This document shows, piece after piece, positions 24,951 through 38,248 of a stretch of DNA of 64,000 nt. Under the pieces are notes generated by a model. It saw only the letters and a list, made by a program, of their open reading frames with translations. It made no database searches and had not been told where the DNA came from. The position numbers were made by a program, and so were the translations under genes. The DNA lies in contig JBNZDD010013640.1 in the NCBI GenBank assembly GCA_050575255.1, positions 2,530,834-2,594,833 on the forward strand, given 5' to 3'. How positions within the stretch are numbered: position 1 is the stretch's first letter; every line of letters starts with the position of its first letter. Source of the stretch: Harriotta raleighana. Its lineage: Eukaryota.

Positions 24951-25489
24951 CATTGTGTAATTATAATAAGCAGTTTCTTGAACCTGCCAAGGACGTTGAG
25001 ACATCGTCCTATTGTGAAAGGCTGTATATGAATGTAAATTGTATTGTATGTGAAACATGTATGCCATTTCTACAGTAGGAATGCATCTCTCTTATGTTTG
25101 ACATACCGTTATTTATGTATGGTAGTTGTTCATGCCTGGGAGAAATCAAAGACCACAAACTGATTGAAAGAGAGGAATTGACATGGCGTTGAGAAGTCGG
25201 TAATAATAAACTGATTGGGATTAAAGCTTTTGCAGTGATCTAATAAAATGGTGGAATAGTCTTGATTAGCTGAATGGCCACCTGGCTGTACCTATTGTTA
25301 TTACCAGGTTAAAATTTGTAACATTAAATAGTGGGAACTATCTCATTATCAGATATTCTATGTACAGTACTTGAAAAGGAAAACAATTGCAAGGCTGTGT
25401 CCATGGGGTAAAAGCAGGGGAGTGGGACTAGTTGATTAGCTCTAAAAGAGACATGATGGGCTGAATTGTCTCTTTCTGTGCTGCAAGGG

Positions 25490-25970
25490 CTGGTGGAATT
25501 AAGGGGAATATATTAGCATGGATTGAAGAATGGCTAACGGGAAGAAAACAAAGGGTAGGGATAAATGGGTCCTTCTCAGATTGGTGGGATGTGACTAGGT
25601 TGGTATCTGGGATGAGAGGGATGAGTTATGAGGATAGGTTAAGCAATCTAGGCCTATATTCTCTAGAATATAGAAGAATGAGAGGTCACAGTCTTAAAAT
25701 TAGGGGGTCAGCCCTTTCGCACTCAGTTGAGAAAAACTTCTTCACTCAGAGGGTAGTGAATTTATGGAATTTTCTACTCCAAAGGGCTGTAGATGCTCAG
25801 TCCTTGAACTTATTCAAGACTGAGATTGATGGATATTTTGTGAATAAAACACTTAAGGGATATGGGGATAAGGCGGACAGGTTGAGTTAGAATAGATCTT
25901 ATTGAATGGCGGGGCAGGCTCGAGGGGCCAACTGGCCTAATCCTGCTCCTAATTCTTATGTTCTTATGTA
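25490..25970 (+). mobile_element. CR1 LINE fragments including 3' end
   Basis: SYEDRL..LGLYSLEYRRMRG, FFTQRVVNLWN, terminal CCTGCTCCTAATTCTTATGTTCTTATGT. Confidence 0.9.
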
Positions 25971-28439
25971 AGATTCTATGATACACTCCAGACTATGGAC
26001 AATTTTCAATCTCAACCCCTCAGCAAATTAAATTACTCTCCTTGATGTTCCCTTCGTTCGAATCCCTAGCTCCACCCTTTGTAAAATTAAACTTCTCAAA
26101 AACTCTGTGTCTTGTATCTTCGTCTATACTAGACTCAACACATACCCCCACTTCCCCCATCCTCATGAGGCTGCATAACGCCCAGTAATTCATCCTGATC
26201 TTCAAACCCTGCTCACCATACACCTCTCTAAGTCATCTACACCATTGTGATTATCTTACTAATATCCTGGAATCTTTCAATAATAATAATAATCCTAGCA
26301 TTTGATGATTAATGTTTATTCATCACCCAGCTCTGTCCTGCGATTGGCACCCAACCACGCCTTTTCTCGTTAGAACTTTGGTTTAAATCCGTTCATTTTG
26401 CTCCTAAACATCAAATCCTTCTTAAGAAAGTGCTATTTTTAGTGACCTGTTTTAGATGAATAACTGCAGCCCAAGAACATTCCTCCCCTTCTCTCCCCTT
26501 TACCATTTAAGGCATATTTCCTTTCCTTACATAGTCCAGAAATATTCATACATAATAATAATCCTTGCATTTTAAGGCTATGGTACCTGCATTAATTTTT
26601 TTTTAAATAAAGCAATTACAATTTATTGATGAACTAATTTATACAGAAACCAGCAGCAATTTCTGACCTTTGATCATTGGTATATGTTACCACAATAAAA
26701 CTACACTCAAAGTTTCTGGTGGGTTTATATTTTTTTTAAAAACTAACATTGGGAACACTGCCATTTAGTTCTGCAAAAAAAAATCCTTGTACTTTTAAGT
26801 GTATCCTGTATGAATTAGCTTGGTGTAATATATTACATTGGAATGTAATAAGTACTAAATTATCACTAATAAAAACAACTGTTATATTGAATCTGCTAAG
26901 TGAAAATTATGATTAAAAGCATTTTTTTCCAAAACGTGGTGCAGTGGATTGCTGTGTGCTTTCATTAGCATAAAGAACAGCTTCTTCTTTTTTTTCAAGG
27001 ACCCTATGTTCTTCCTTAAAATAACTTACTATTTTTGGCTCACTGCTTGCCCACAAATTTCCATAAAATTACTGAGATTATTTAGGGTGAAACTGATACA
27101 GACTTGTGCTGGTTTCCAAATGAATCCATCCAACAATATATACAAGAGAAATTTCTTGCCAGGGACAGTTTTCAATTATCGCAGCAACAAAAATTGTTGT
27201 CTTGATGCTTAGAAGTCTGATTGGAATTTGTGTCATTACTGTTTGGTGCTTTATTTTGATTTGAGCAAAATACTAGCTATTTTAGAATTCCAATTTCTAC
27301 CATCAATACTATTTTTTGCAAATGGAAGACAGGTCCTTAAATCCATAAAATTGGATTCAGACATTTGCGGTTGGGATTTTTACCCCGGGGATAATTAATG
27401 ACTGAAACAGGTTACCAGGAAGGGTAGTTGAAGGCAGGACACATGACTCATTTCAAAATCGGGTTTAGCGTATGTTGGGAGGACGATTGGGTTAGTGTTC
27501 TGGAGGGACGAGATCAGCGGGCCTGTAGAGCCTCCTTCATACAAACAAATCTCGTGATTTCCTCAATATGCATGGATTTTCTCTACATCATGTTGTCTAC
27601 AAAATATTCAGGCACCACACTACACAGCAAATCCTTTGAGACGTCCTTCTGACATAGAAGGTCTATATCAAATGCAAGCATTATTATTATTATGGTGCGA
27701 TATTCTGTGAGACATCTCAAAGACATCTTAGATGCTGTTCCAAATGCAAGGATAATTATAGGATTATTATTATAATTTCTGATTTAAAACTGCATCACTC
27801 CATTGTTTCATGCACAGCCTTCCTTGGCACTCAATAAAAAAGTGCCTGAAGAAAGATATGTTCTTTAAATCATTTATTTTTAGAATATTTATTCCTGTAC
27901 TGTACTTCTCACAATTTATCGTCAGGTTCAACGTGTTGTGCATCAGAGCACAACCAACATTCATCATCTTAAACCAAGTACAGGATACACATTCTGAACT
28001 GCTCTTGTGATCTCTCTGTGTGGCACCCAGTGGCTATGCTGAGTACTTTAACCTTGGGGAAGGGGTACAAATTCAATTGTAACTGATACTTAATGTTTTT
28101 CAACCAAGTGAAAATTTTATTGCAAATTGTTTTCATTTGAAAAAGTAAATTGGGGTGGGACATGATCCAGGTCTTAAAAATGGTTAGAAGTATAAATTAC
28201 ATGAATGTAGAAAGGCTTTGGATCATGAAAGCAGTACTTAAGGTCATAGCTTTAAAATAATCTCTACCTGTATTCTTAGCAATATTTATTCTTCATCCAA
28301 ATTCACCAAATATCCTATTCATCATTCGTTTACCCAATTAATGTTTGTGCAATGCAGTTACTATTATCATTAACCTCTGTTCATTTATGAAAATATTCCT
28401 ACAGAAATATTAGAAGCCCAAACCCATCTATTATGCTAA

Positions 28440-28785
28440 ATAATAATATTGTTGCATTTGATATAATGCCTTATCACATATTCAAGACTTCTCAAAGCGC
28501 TTCACAGAATATACTGTAATGTGAATTGATTGTATATTTTGTGGGCGAAACACAGCTGACATTTGTGGCCAGCAGTGTCAACACAAACAGGTGTGGGTCA
28601 AAATGACCCCTTTTTTTTAAGGATTTATTACCTCCGGTAAAGCGATCCAGCAATCAACTAATATCCAGGTTCCTATTTACTGCAGGTAAACAGAAGCATG
28701 TGGAATAGGGAAATTTGATTAACATTTTGCCCTCCCGGGGATTGAACCCAGGTCTCTCGCTTGTGAGGCTAGTGCTCTCACTACT
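28440..28785 (-). mobile_element. Older, longer SINE variant with extended CORE-like segment
   Basis: Minus strand contains CTGTTTACCTGCAGTAAATAGGAACC, absent from the young copies; similar form at 44090-44375. Confidence 0.7.
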
Positions 28786-31277
28786 GATAAAATTAAAATA
28801 GAGAATTCATGGTAGATGTCAATGAATCAGCGCACTGATTCACTATCCCACATGAATGCTGCTATAGAAATGCAAATTGTTATTGTTGCTAGGAATCCTT
28901 TTTTTGTGAATTAGTATTCCATTATTTTCTAGTGATGTGTTCATATCATTTGTTTGTCACAGCGGGTTTTAACTGTTGGTTTGGTTAACAACAATTTAGC
29001 AAAATCTGCAGTTTGGGATATTAATGTGCAAACACATATCTGCAAAATGGAGTTAGAGGTGCTCTGAAATATGCAATGAACAAAGATCCAAAGTTTATGG
29101 TTATAATATACAATTTTTAAAAATTATAGTACAGCTCCTTTCACATCAGGGGGATGTCCCAAGGTGCTGGACAGTCAGGAGTTTGGACCCGAGGGGGTAG
29201 GAGGATAGAGTTAAGGGATGGTGGAAGTCAGGGAGGGCAGGGGTTGGAGGGTAGCCAAAGGCATGCTTCAAGAGGAGGTTCTTGAGATGTGCTTTGAAGG
29301 AGGAAAGGGAGGAAGTGAATCAAGTGTGGTTAACCTGCGATTCTGTGCACAGCTTGTTAAGCCAACATGTAAAATAGGCTAGTCTGTGCCAGTTCTGAAG
29401 TGGTCGTATCCTTCAGACTTGTAAATTACAATAAAGTAGAAAGATGTTTTCTGTCGAGTTTCAAAGTCGAATTAATCTCTGCAGAGCTACAGTTAAGGAA
29501 TTGATCCACAAGGAGAATGCCTCTGTGGTAATGCAGTTAATTCATTCATTTCATTTATTTTTAGAAAGGTGGGCGAAATTGTGAGAGCAAATGAGTGTTT
29601 GAGACACGCTGGTTGGAAAGTGTTGCTGAAGGTGCGATTGAATTTTTCAGCTGCTTTGTTCTGGTTTAATCCATACTGGTTTAAGATGAATTCTGTGAAA
29701 AAGATTTACATTGACTGATTATGTACTCTCGCATCTGAAACTAGAACAACATTATAAAACAACAACTTGCAATTATATTGCACTATTCAAGTAGGAAATT
29801 ATGCCAAAGTGCTTCATCGAGATAGAGTGGGACCCTGAGCACAATGGGAGATAGGGGGAATTAGTTAGGAGGTGGCCAAAGGCAGAATCAAATGGATAAG
29901 AATAATCCTTACATTTTTTAGATGGGTTTTAAAAGCAGAGTGGGAGGAAGTGAGGTAGATGGATTTAGGAACAGATTTCCTGAGATTTAGAGCCAAAGTG
30001 TTTGATTGTTTCATCCTGGATCAGAAGGATTGGGGGGACCTGAAGCACGCCTGGGTTGGCATAGCGGAGGCAATGTTTGATTGAGAAAGATAACACAGGT
30101 AGAGTGACAACTCTTCATTACATGAACAAAGAGTACAAATTATAGGAATCATGGAAAGCAAAGAATATGCATTGAACAGCAGCAGCCTCAAAGAACGCAA
30201 CCAGTGGGTATGTCAAAGGTCAATACTAAGGCATTAAGTTGTGGTAAGGTGAAAATTGTTAGATGCAATGTGAGAAGTGACAACAGCAATCATTTTCATT
30301 TCATACTACTCATTTTTCTCCCCACTATTTCTAATTTGGATTCCTAAGGAAGCTTTCCAGATGTAAATCTCAACAGAGCATAATTCCCAGGCATTGGTGT
30401 GATGACACACATATATATATTTACAGTATATTCTGTGAAGCGCTTTGGGACGTTGATAAGATGTGAAAAGCGCTATATCAAATGCAAGGATTATTATTAT
30501 TATTATTATTATATATGGGTACTGGAAGGAATCAATGGAAGGTCATTTGCCCCATTTATGTGACTCAATATAAATTGTCAGAAACCAGACCCTACTGTTT
30601 AATTTGGACATAAATGATTTGTATTAAGGACAAACCTGTTCAATTTGTTGATGATCCCAATCTGGAAGAGGGTTTGCTGGATATATTACCAACTTTGATT
30701 CTCTTAATATGCCATTTGTAAAATCAAAACCAAACTTAGATCTTCTCAAGGGCAGTCCTTGAGATGATTATTGTTATTTATAATAATAGTAATGATAAGA
30801 ATTTTTGCATTTGATATACCTGTAGCATCTTTTGCATTGAAAGACATCTTAAAGTACTTCACAGGATTTACTGAAATTTGTTGTGACCGTGTATTTTGTA
30901 GATGAACACTGACAAAAGGATGCAGAAATTGTCTATTCTTCGGTTTCGATGGCTGATGATACTGAATATATTTGATACTGATGTAAGATTACGAGGATGA
31001 ACAACAGTGGATAACAGGGTTATCCAAAAGGAGAGAAATGGCGACCGTAGAGAGAGATCGCAGCCTCAGGATAGCACTTGATGTAAAAGAATATGTCAGA
31101 AGTTACTGCAGTCTAGTTCGATTAGGATCAACTCTTGTTCTGGTTGATTTATCCTTCCTTAACCTGGAGGCATGGAATTAACTGTACCACCCCTTGTCCA
31201 CTTCCAATTCCTATTGTATTCTTATTATTGGATTGAGGCATGCTTCTCCCATTGAAAGTTTTCTCTATCAAATCCAT

Positions 31278-31368
31278 TTCACAGAATATACTGTAAACTG
31301 AATTGACTGTATATTTTGTTTCACCCACAAAATATGCAGTCAATTCACTTTACAGTATATTCTGTGAA
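31278..31368. repeat. Fold-back inverted duplication of a SINE tail (42-bp arms, 7-nt loop)
   Basis: TTCACAGAATATACTGTAAACTGAATTGACTGTATATTTTGT / ACAAAATATGCAGTCAATTCACTTTACAGTATATTCTGTGAA, 2 mismatches. Confidence 0.9.
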
Positions 31369-32619
31369 GTGCTTTCAGTTGTCTGAAAGACTTGATAAGG
31401 CATTATATCAAATGGAAGGAATATTATCATTTTTTGAAAAAAAATCTTGTTCATGGAAGTGTACTGTTTAACTTTATGCTACAGTTTTCGACAATCTTTG
31501 AAAAGTGACCTAAAAATCACAAAGCTAAAACCACACACAGATCCCAGGAGGCCAGTGGTCTGATGGAGAAAGCAGCTACTTCTCCATTCCATGGCCGCAG
31601 TGCATGTGTGTGATTTGTTTCATTGCACCAAATTACGCTAAATTAATAAGTGTTGAAAAGTCAAAGTTAATATGCAACAGCTTCCAGCTGGGCTTTTAAG
31701 TATTCTGATTTGTACAATATGCCATGTTTGTAAAATAATATTGTAACAGTTTGACGCTTTTAATGCCATGTTATTTATATTTCAAAACTGCTTCAAAGTT
31801 ATTTATAACTGCACAGGGACAAACTGCAAGCTATACTGAAAGGAGGAAATAACACTTAAGCCACATCAATGAATGGGCTATGTGGAGTGTACAGAGCAGA
31901 ATACCTCATTGGGAACATTTATTCTAACTGCTAAGTTTTTATTATATTGTATTTGCATTTGGTATGACTACTTTTGACTCAGCAGGACTTCGCAAAACAC
32001 TTCACGTGATATATACTGCTAAATGCAGTGACTGTGTATATTGTAAACAATTCAATTTCAGTCAAATTTTTCCCTGATTAAGTTGTTTACCTAAGATCAA
32101 GTTACATTTTTGTTGTGCTAATTTCTCCACATATCGCTATTCGTCAGGACATTTTTGGTCAAACAGTCCTTCTAGCCAAGAGTTCAGATCTTAATCTTTA
32201 GATTAAGAAAACAGTTTTCTTTTGCAGGAATAAAACTCTTTTTATGTCTGCATTCAGTTGAAAATGCCAAAGCCAGGAAATGATGTATGAGATCATCCCC
32301 AAAAGAGGTCTCTTTGGAAGAAGAACAATAATTAGAATTATTGCAGTGTTACTTCACAAGTCCTACGAAGCTGTGGGCGTAAAATCACAATGGGAATCTG
32401 TTGATTAATTCGTCTAAAAATTACAACACTTCAAAATGTTAAGAATTGCAAAAAGACTGATTCTATATATGGTGTGGGTTATTCCACTTTACAGTATACT
32501 GTATTCTGTGAAGTGCTTTGAGATGTCTAGAAGACATGAAAAGCACTATATCAAATTCAAGGATTATTATTATTCTATGATATATTATTTATATATTGTA
32601 CTGTATAAACAGCTGCTAG

Positions 32620-33630
32620 AAAGCTTTACCTGTTGTCCAAGGTCGTGAACGCACGTTTGTACATCCCAGCGCCTGGGATTCACCTTGATTGGCTTACAGC
32701 GAGGTAAGCAGCGAANAGGTCGTGAACGCACGTTTGTACATCCCAGCGCCTGGGATTCACCTTGATTGGCTTACAGCGAGGTAAGTAACTGCACCCCTCC
32801 ATTTGTTGGAACTATTGCACAATGGGGAGGAATGTGTGTCCAAGTTGTGGACAGGAAAATGATGACAATGTTCTTGTGCATTTCATGCTGAGTTTTGTTG
32901 CCCACTGGGAAGCTCAAAGGGAGTTCCCGGTCCCTACCGTCTACCTGGTGAGTGCTGAAACCTGCGCTTAACGCATGTCGAATGATCAACTAGTGACTAT
33001 CCACTTTGGTGTGGAGCTAAGCTGAGTCTCCTACGAGCTGAACTGCCTCCAAGGTGACAAGCTTGGCGAAGGAATGTCGGAATCAAGTCAGCCCTCTTTG
33101 GCGATCTTGGTCGTCCAGTTCCTGAGCCAGGCGGGTTTGCGGTATTCCAGGGCATTGCCAATGACCACACAGCCAGCCTGGCTTATCAGCAAGATCAGCA
33201 AGGGCAGACCACTCACTGGGGGCATGGGGTCAAAGTGAGAAAGCTTGCCAGACAGCAATATCAATAGCAAGCTATGCGCTTTTAGCTGGTTAGACTCCAG
33301 CAGTACCCAATCGCACACTCCAGGGTCCCCAAGCCTTGACTCTTGCAAATCTGTGCCTAATCCTTTCTGGAGGTAGATAAGCAGGAAGCGATCCTCCAGG
33401 GAGAGAGTTCACATTCCATTCCATTCCAACAATCCTTTTTCTGGGATTTCCATGTGAAGGTGGGATGCGTGGAAATGTCAACTTAGTTTGGATAATCATG
33501 GTGACGGCTTTCCTCCTCGATAGGACGGGGTTACTAATTGCTCCTCAGCCACTTTCCTCAGTCCATTGTGCTCAAGTAACTGGATGTCTTGTGGACGAAG
33601 GTGTAAGCGATGCTGGTACATCCAGACAAC
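32620..33630 (-). pseudogene. Decayed ~1 kb coding sequence of an unidentified family (copy A)
   Basis: Frames of ORFs 33088-33348 and 32771-32989 join with one frameshift and a few stops; homologous to 18.6-19.3 kb. Confidence 0.45.
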
Positions 33631-33707
33631 AAACACACCGTCAGACACACACACACATGCACACACAAAAGCATTTTTCAGTTAGTTCAAGCAACTTTCC
33701 TCATATA

Positions 33708-34091
33708 CAGTAAAAGCTCTGTTATCCGGCATCCTCAGGACCTGCCCGGTGCTGGTTAATCAAATATGCCGGATATTCAAGAGGAAAGTTGCCAAAAATC
33801 CTACACAAAAAATTAACTTATTTTAAAACATACCATATTAATAATAGACCAAGTAATAACAGAATATTGTATGGATACTTACCAATAAAGCATATATAAG
33901 TAGCATAGTCAACCCTTGCCGAACGTAGGCAGGGGTTATGTTCCTGGAAAACAACGCACTCAGTAAAATCGCGTTCGATAAGTTTAATAAGTGCACGTGC
34001 GCAAACTGAGCAAACGTGCGGGGAAAACTCAAATTTTACTTGTGTTGGGGAATACCGGTTGGTTGGTTGCCGGATAATCAAGCTTTTACTG
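33708..34091. mobile_element. Tigger/pogo-type (Tc1/mariner superfamily) non-autonomous element
   Basis: TIRs CAGTAAAAGCTCTGTTATCCGGCA / TGCCGGATAATCAAGCTTTTACTG with TA on both sides; homologous to 62426-62924; possible second Tigger-like end nested at ~33905. Confidence 0.85.
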
Positions 34092-35669
34092 TAATTGAAT
34101 AACAGACTCAAGTGCCAATATCCAAGTAAATTTGATTTTAAGTAATTTCTCTTCAAATCTCCTACCTCTATCCTTTCTAATTGGTACATGTACTTATAAA
34201 TTAATTCATGGCCCAGCATCTCTAACCTCAGACCTGCTTACACCTCACCGCCCCTTTGCTCAGCTGGCTCCGGCCTTATACATCCCTTGGTCCCTAAGCT
34301 TTACCATTGGCAGTCACGCTTTCAGTCACGCTACACCTCGAAAATCTGGAATTTCCAGATAAGCTTGAAAATCTTTAAACATGAGCCTCAGTGGTGAGTG
34401 TCAGTTGGCTTGGATTCACATTCAAGCCTTGTTTTATTCTCATCCAGTGGAAACTCACGTGGAATAGAAGCACAGACTAGTTTGGCTGAATGGCCTGTTT
34501 CTATGCTGTATAGTTGATGTAATTCCTGCCCTTTCCAGCAGAGATTACTGGACAACTTAAAGAACTTTAGAATCACTCAAAGAGTGCAGCCCAAACAAAA
34601 AGAATTCCATGTAAAATTTTGCAAAAGACCAGGGTTATTACTGCATACAAACTGATATAAGTGTGACAAAGCAAATTAATCACTTTAAAATCCTTACACA
34701 TTTCCTGCAATAGCAACCTACCTTTCCAGTATGTAGCAGTGCCTGGTGTCAGCAACACACACACACTGAGCCAACCACACAGATATACAGTATTGTGAAA
34801 GTGCTGAATACTTGTTTGAAATTGAAGATCAAGCCTTCCCACAGCAGCTGGGGACAATACCCATTACTCTTCTGGATGGTATAGGTGTATAGCAAGCACT
34901 ATTTATTTTTATCTCTAAAACCGTGGTGAAGGACAAAGTGCAGAATACACTGTAAAGTGAATTGACTGCATATTTGTGGGCGAAACATGGCAGCCAATTT
35001 CACACAGCAGTGTCCCACAAACAGTCGTGGATTGTTTTTATTTTTGGAGGGATTATTATCAGGTGTGTGGAATAAGGAAACATGCCCGAGGTTTCGCCCT
35101 GCCTGGAATCAAACTCGCTACAGGGCTCCGCGTGCAAGAATACGAGATAAGGGAAAAAGTAACTTGAGCTATGCAAAAGATGACTTTTAACGATGTGTCA
35201 ATTGTCATGGTAAGAGGAGGCAAGAAAAGACAAGTTGCTGTCTTGAGTTTCTGGGAAAGGGTGAAAAGAATGAGCTGGAGATGTTTGTTGTGCTGTGTTT
35301 TCATCCGACTGCTTAACTGGCTTGGTACTTAGGAATTTTGATTTTTTTGATCCTACAATGTTGGATCTTCCTATAATTGTGAAGCAGAAATCACCGAGAG
35401 CAGGTGGTCGATAAGGAACATGAGCTGTGGTTAGATCATTGTGAGGCAGGTTAACTTCTTCCACACTGATGACGATATGTTGCAATAAGGGAGAATCTCA
35501 GAAAGCCCGAGAGCTAAACTTTTCTTTTTTAAAGTACTGCCCAATAACTAAACACAGCCTCCTTCACGATACTGAATACAAATCCAGACCTTAGAGAACA
35601 AAATGTTACACGTAACGTAATTAGACAGGACAAATGGCCTTCTTATAAAATGCAAGATGTTTGTATTTG

Positions 35670-35975
35670 GCATACTGGTAGTACTCTCGTCTCTGAGAAG
35701 AAGGTTGTGGGTTCAAATCCATGACGGGACTTGAATTCACATAGTCTAAGCCGATACTGCAGTGGACTAAATATCTCCAGTTTTCTCTACTTTTCAAAAA
35801 CAGAAGGGCTGTTCTCTCGGTGTGGTGTATTGGTCAACCCTGGTTGATTGTAGGACATTGCTGTGTACGATTGTATTCGCATGTTTGACTACAAATGTGT
35901 CACTGCATTTCACAATAATTCCCGTGAAGCGCTTTGAGATGTCTTTCTAGAGTCTTGTACCAAACGCAAAGATGA
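35670..35975 (+). mobile_element. Old DeuSINE-like SINE
   Basis: GAAGGTTGTGGGTTCAAATCC B-box region, TTGTAGGACATTGCTGTG, GTGAAGCGCTTTGAGA tail. Confidence 0.65.
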
Positions 35976-36297
35976 TTCTAATCACCCTGATGCACTGAGC
36001 CATCATTTCACAACAAGGTGCTTGCATATTGCTTTAACGACATGAGAGGCAATCGAATAGGGAGGACGCAAGCACGAAATGATTCTGGGAAGAGTGATTG
36101 GCAGAGCTGGGGAAAGGTTGCTTTGCGTTTCTCTCGATTGGAGGATCACTTTTCCAGGAGTGATAATCTCTCAAAAAACTTCATTAACAAAATAATAATT
36201 TGGTCACTCAATTCACGTCTGTTTGTGGGATATTACTGTGCACAATTGGCTGCCACGTTTTGTCCATAAAATATACAGTCAATTCACTTTACAGTAT

Positions 36298-36515
36298 CGC
36301 AGTATCAGTTTGCCTTCCTTTCCCAGCCTCTCCCCCACCATCCCTGTTAGTCCGTAAAAGCTTCTTCCTCCCAACATGCCACAGTTCCTATGAAGGGTCA
36401 TGGACCAGAAACGTTGACTCACTTTCCTTTCTCCATAGATGCTGCCTGACCTGCTGAGTGTTCCCAGCAATTTCTATTTTTGTTTCAGACTTTCAGCATT
36501 TGCAGTATTTTGCAT
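36298..36515 (+). mobile_element. Penelope-like terminal fragment with a degenerate hammerhead, inserted in a SINE (15-bp TSD)
   Basis: TSD TTCACTTTACAGTAT at 36283-36297 and 36516-36530; ATGAAGGGTC..GACCAGAAACGTT; AGATGCTGCCTGACCTGCTGAG. Confidence 0.75.
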
Positions 36516-37924
36516 TTCACTTTACAGTATATTCCGTGAAGCACTTTGAGATGTCTCGAAGACGTGATAAGGCGCTATATCAAATGCAAGGGTTACTATT
36601 ATAAACTATGAGTTTATATAAGAATTTACCAAATACTAGATACTCTGAAATGCTGAGAAAATCAAATAAATCTGGACCTAAGTGGAATTTCTCTCCCGCA
36701 GTGTTTCAGTTCTGCTGTGTGGGATTCTGGCCCAGTTTAATTTGAGTTACAACAGGATCCCTTGAAAGGGCTCTGAAATGCTATTCTCCACAGGTGTCAG
36801 CAATGACAGTAGTCAGAGGCTTCGACTGGCATTGGATCAAATCTTTGTGCCAAAGTTGGGTGGGGGGGATGTGTTCTCAATCATATTCAGTTAATACCCA
36901 AAGAATTGGATTGTAATCTTTGCCTACCACGTTTTTCTTCCCATATTTTTGTTTCAGTCATCTAATGTATACAGTACAGCTAACGTTCGTAAAAAAAATC
37001 CTTTATTTCTAAATGTAAAGCAGCTGAAGCACACAGTATTTTAACCATTTGAATGGTAAATATGTGAACTGTGAAGCTAAAGGAAGCTGAAGGAACAATA
37101 ACAGCAACAACAACAGAATTACATTTATAGAGCGCGTTTCAGTTAGGTCGGGACCCGAGCAAGCGTGGAGGGGTTGGGGATAGGGGGAAGGAGAGTAGGA
37201 GAGGGTGGAGAGATAGGAGGGGAGCAGAAAGCGCAGTCGAATAGGAAAGACTTGACACTAGCCTTAAAGGAGAAGAGGGAGGAAATGAGGTCGAAGGGAC
37301 TGCAGGACCCTGGTCTCAGTCACCAACATCAACGCACAACCAGTGGAAATGCAGGGAAACCACCAGCAGAGAAATAAATCTTTAATGTACTTCAGAAGCA
37401 ATATAATTGATGGTACCTTGAAAGAAAAATTACAATGAAAAACAATTGGGCTTGTTCGGGAACAGAATGAGTACCCGTTCTAACTGTACGTAGTTATCTT
37501 GTGAGTTATGGATTGGGAATATGGAGAAGCCACTGAGAGGAAGTGTGTTGAAGAAGGATGGACCCAAGATAAAAATACATGTAAAACCACTGTGTGGATT
37601 TTAATACCTGGGAAAGCTAGAGGAACTGCTGTGGTTTCATTTGATTTTCGCAGCAGGAACTTAGCTGTGGATTTCATCAAGGACAAAACTTTTACGATTG
37701 CTGCCCTGAATACTCAGTTGGTGAAGGAAGCCCCACCTAATGTGTTACTGAGCCACACAGAACAAGAAGTTGTACAGGACCAGATTAATCCCTTTGCTCA
37801 GTTAGTTTATCTCAGTTGATGCAATAATACAAGCAATTAAATTAGTCCTACATACCCTATTAGGCGTAAAAATAGTCAGGGCTCCTTCTTTTGACCTTTA
37901 TCTAGATTATTTACCCAACATAAT

Positions 37925-38248
37925 CCTGTGTAGCTCAGTGGTTAGAGCACTGGCCTCGCAAGCGAGAGAGACCTGGGTTAGATTCCCAGCAGGGTGAAAT
38001 CTTGGCCAAGCTTCCCTCAAGTTTCAAGTTTCCACAGGTCTGATAACAATCCCTCCAAAATAAAAACAATGATAAAATTGGTCATTCCAATCCACGATGT
38101 TTGTGGGACGCTGCTGTGCACACTTGGCTGCTGCATTTTGCCCACAAATATACAGTCAATTCACTTTACAGTGTACGCTGTGAAGTGCTTTGAGACGTCT
38201 AGAAGACGTGAAAAGCGCTATATCAAATGCAAGGATTATTATTATTAT
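37925..38248 (+). mobile_element. Full-length tRNA-headed SINE
   Basis: TAGCTCAGTGGTTAGAGCACTGG head through (ATT)n tail. Confidence 0.9.

Noticed and set aside
32639-32787. Direct repeats flanking single Ns (also 58474-58575)
   Set aside because: Typical scaffold-overlap or allelic duplication artefacts
33040-33170. IGNALEY and FAKLVTLEAV resemble RAG1/Transib segments
   Set aside because: Spacing is about half that in RAG1, no catalytic or zinc motifs are seen, and copy B does not keep the match
37508-37819. 103-aa ORF
   Set aside because: No recognisable motif or splice support; 3' part looks like old repeat sequence
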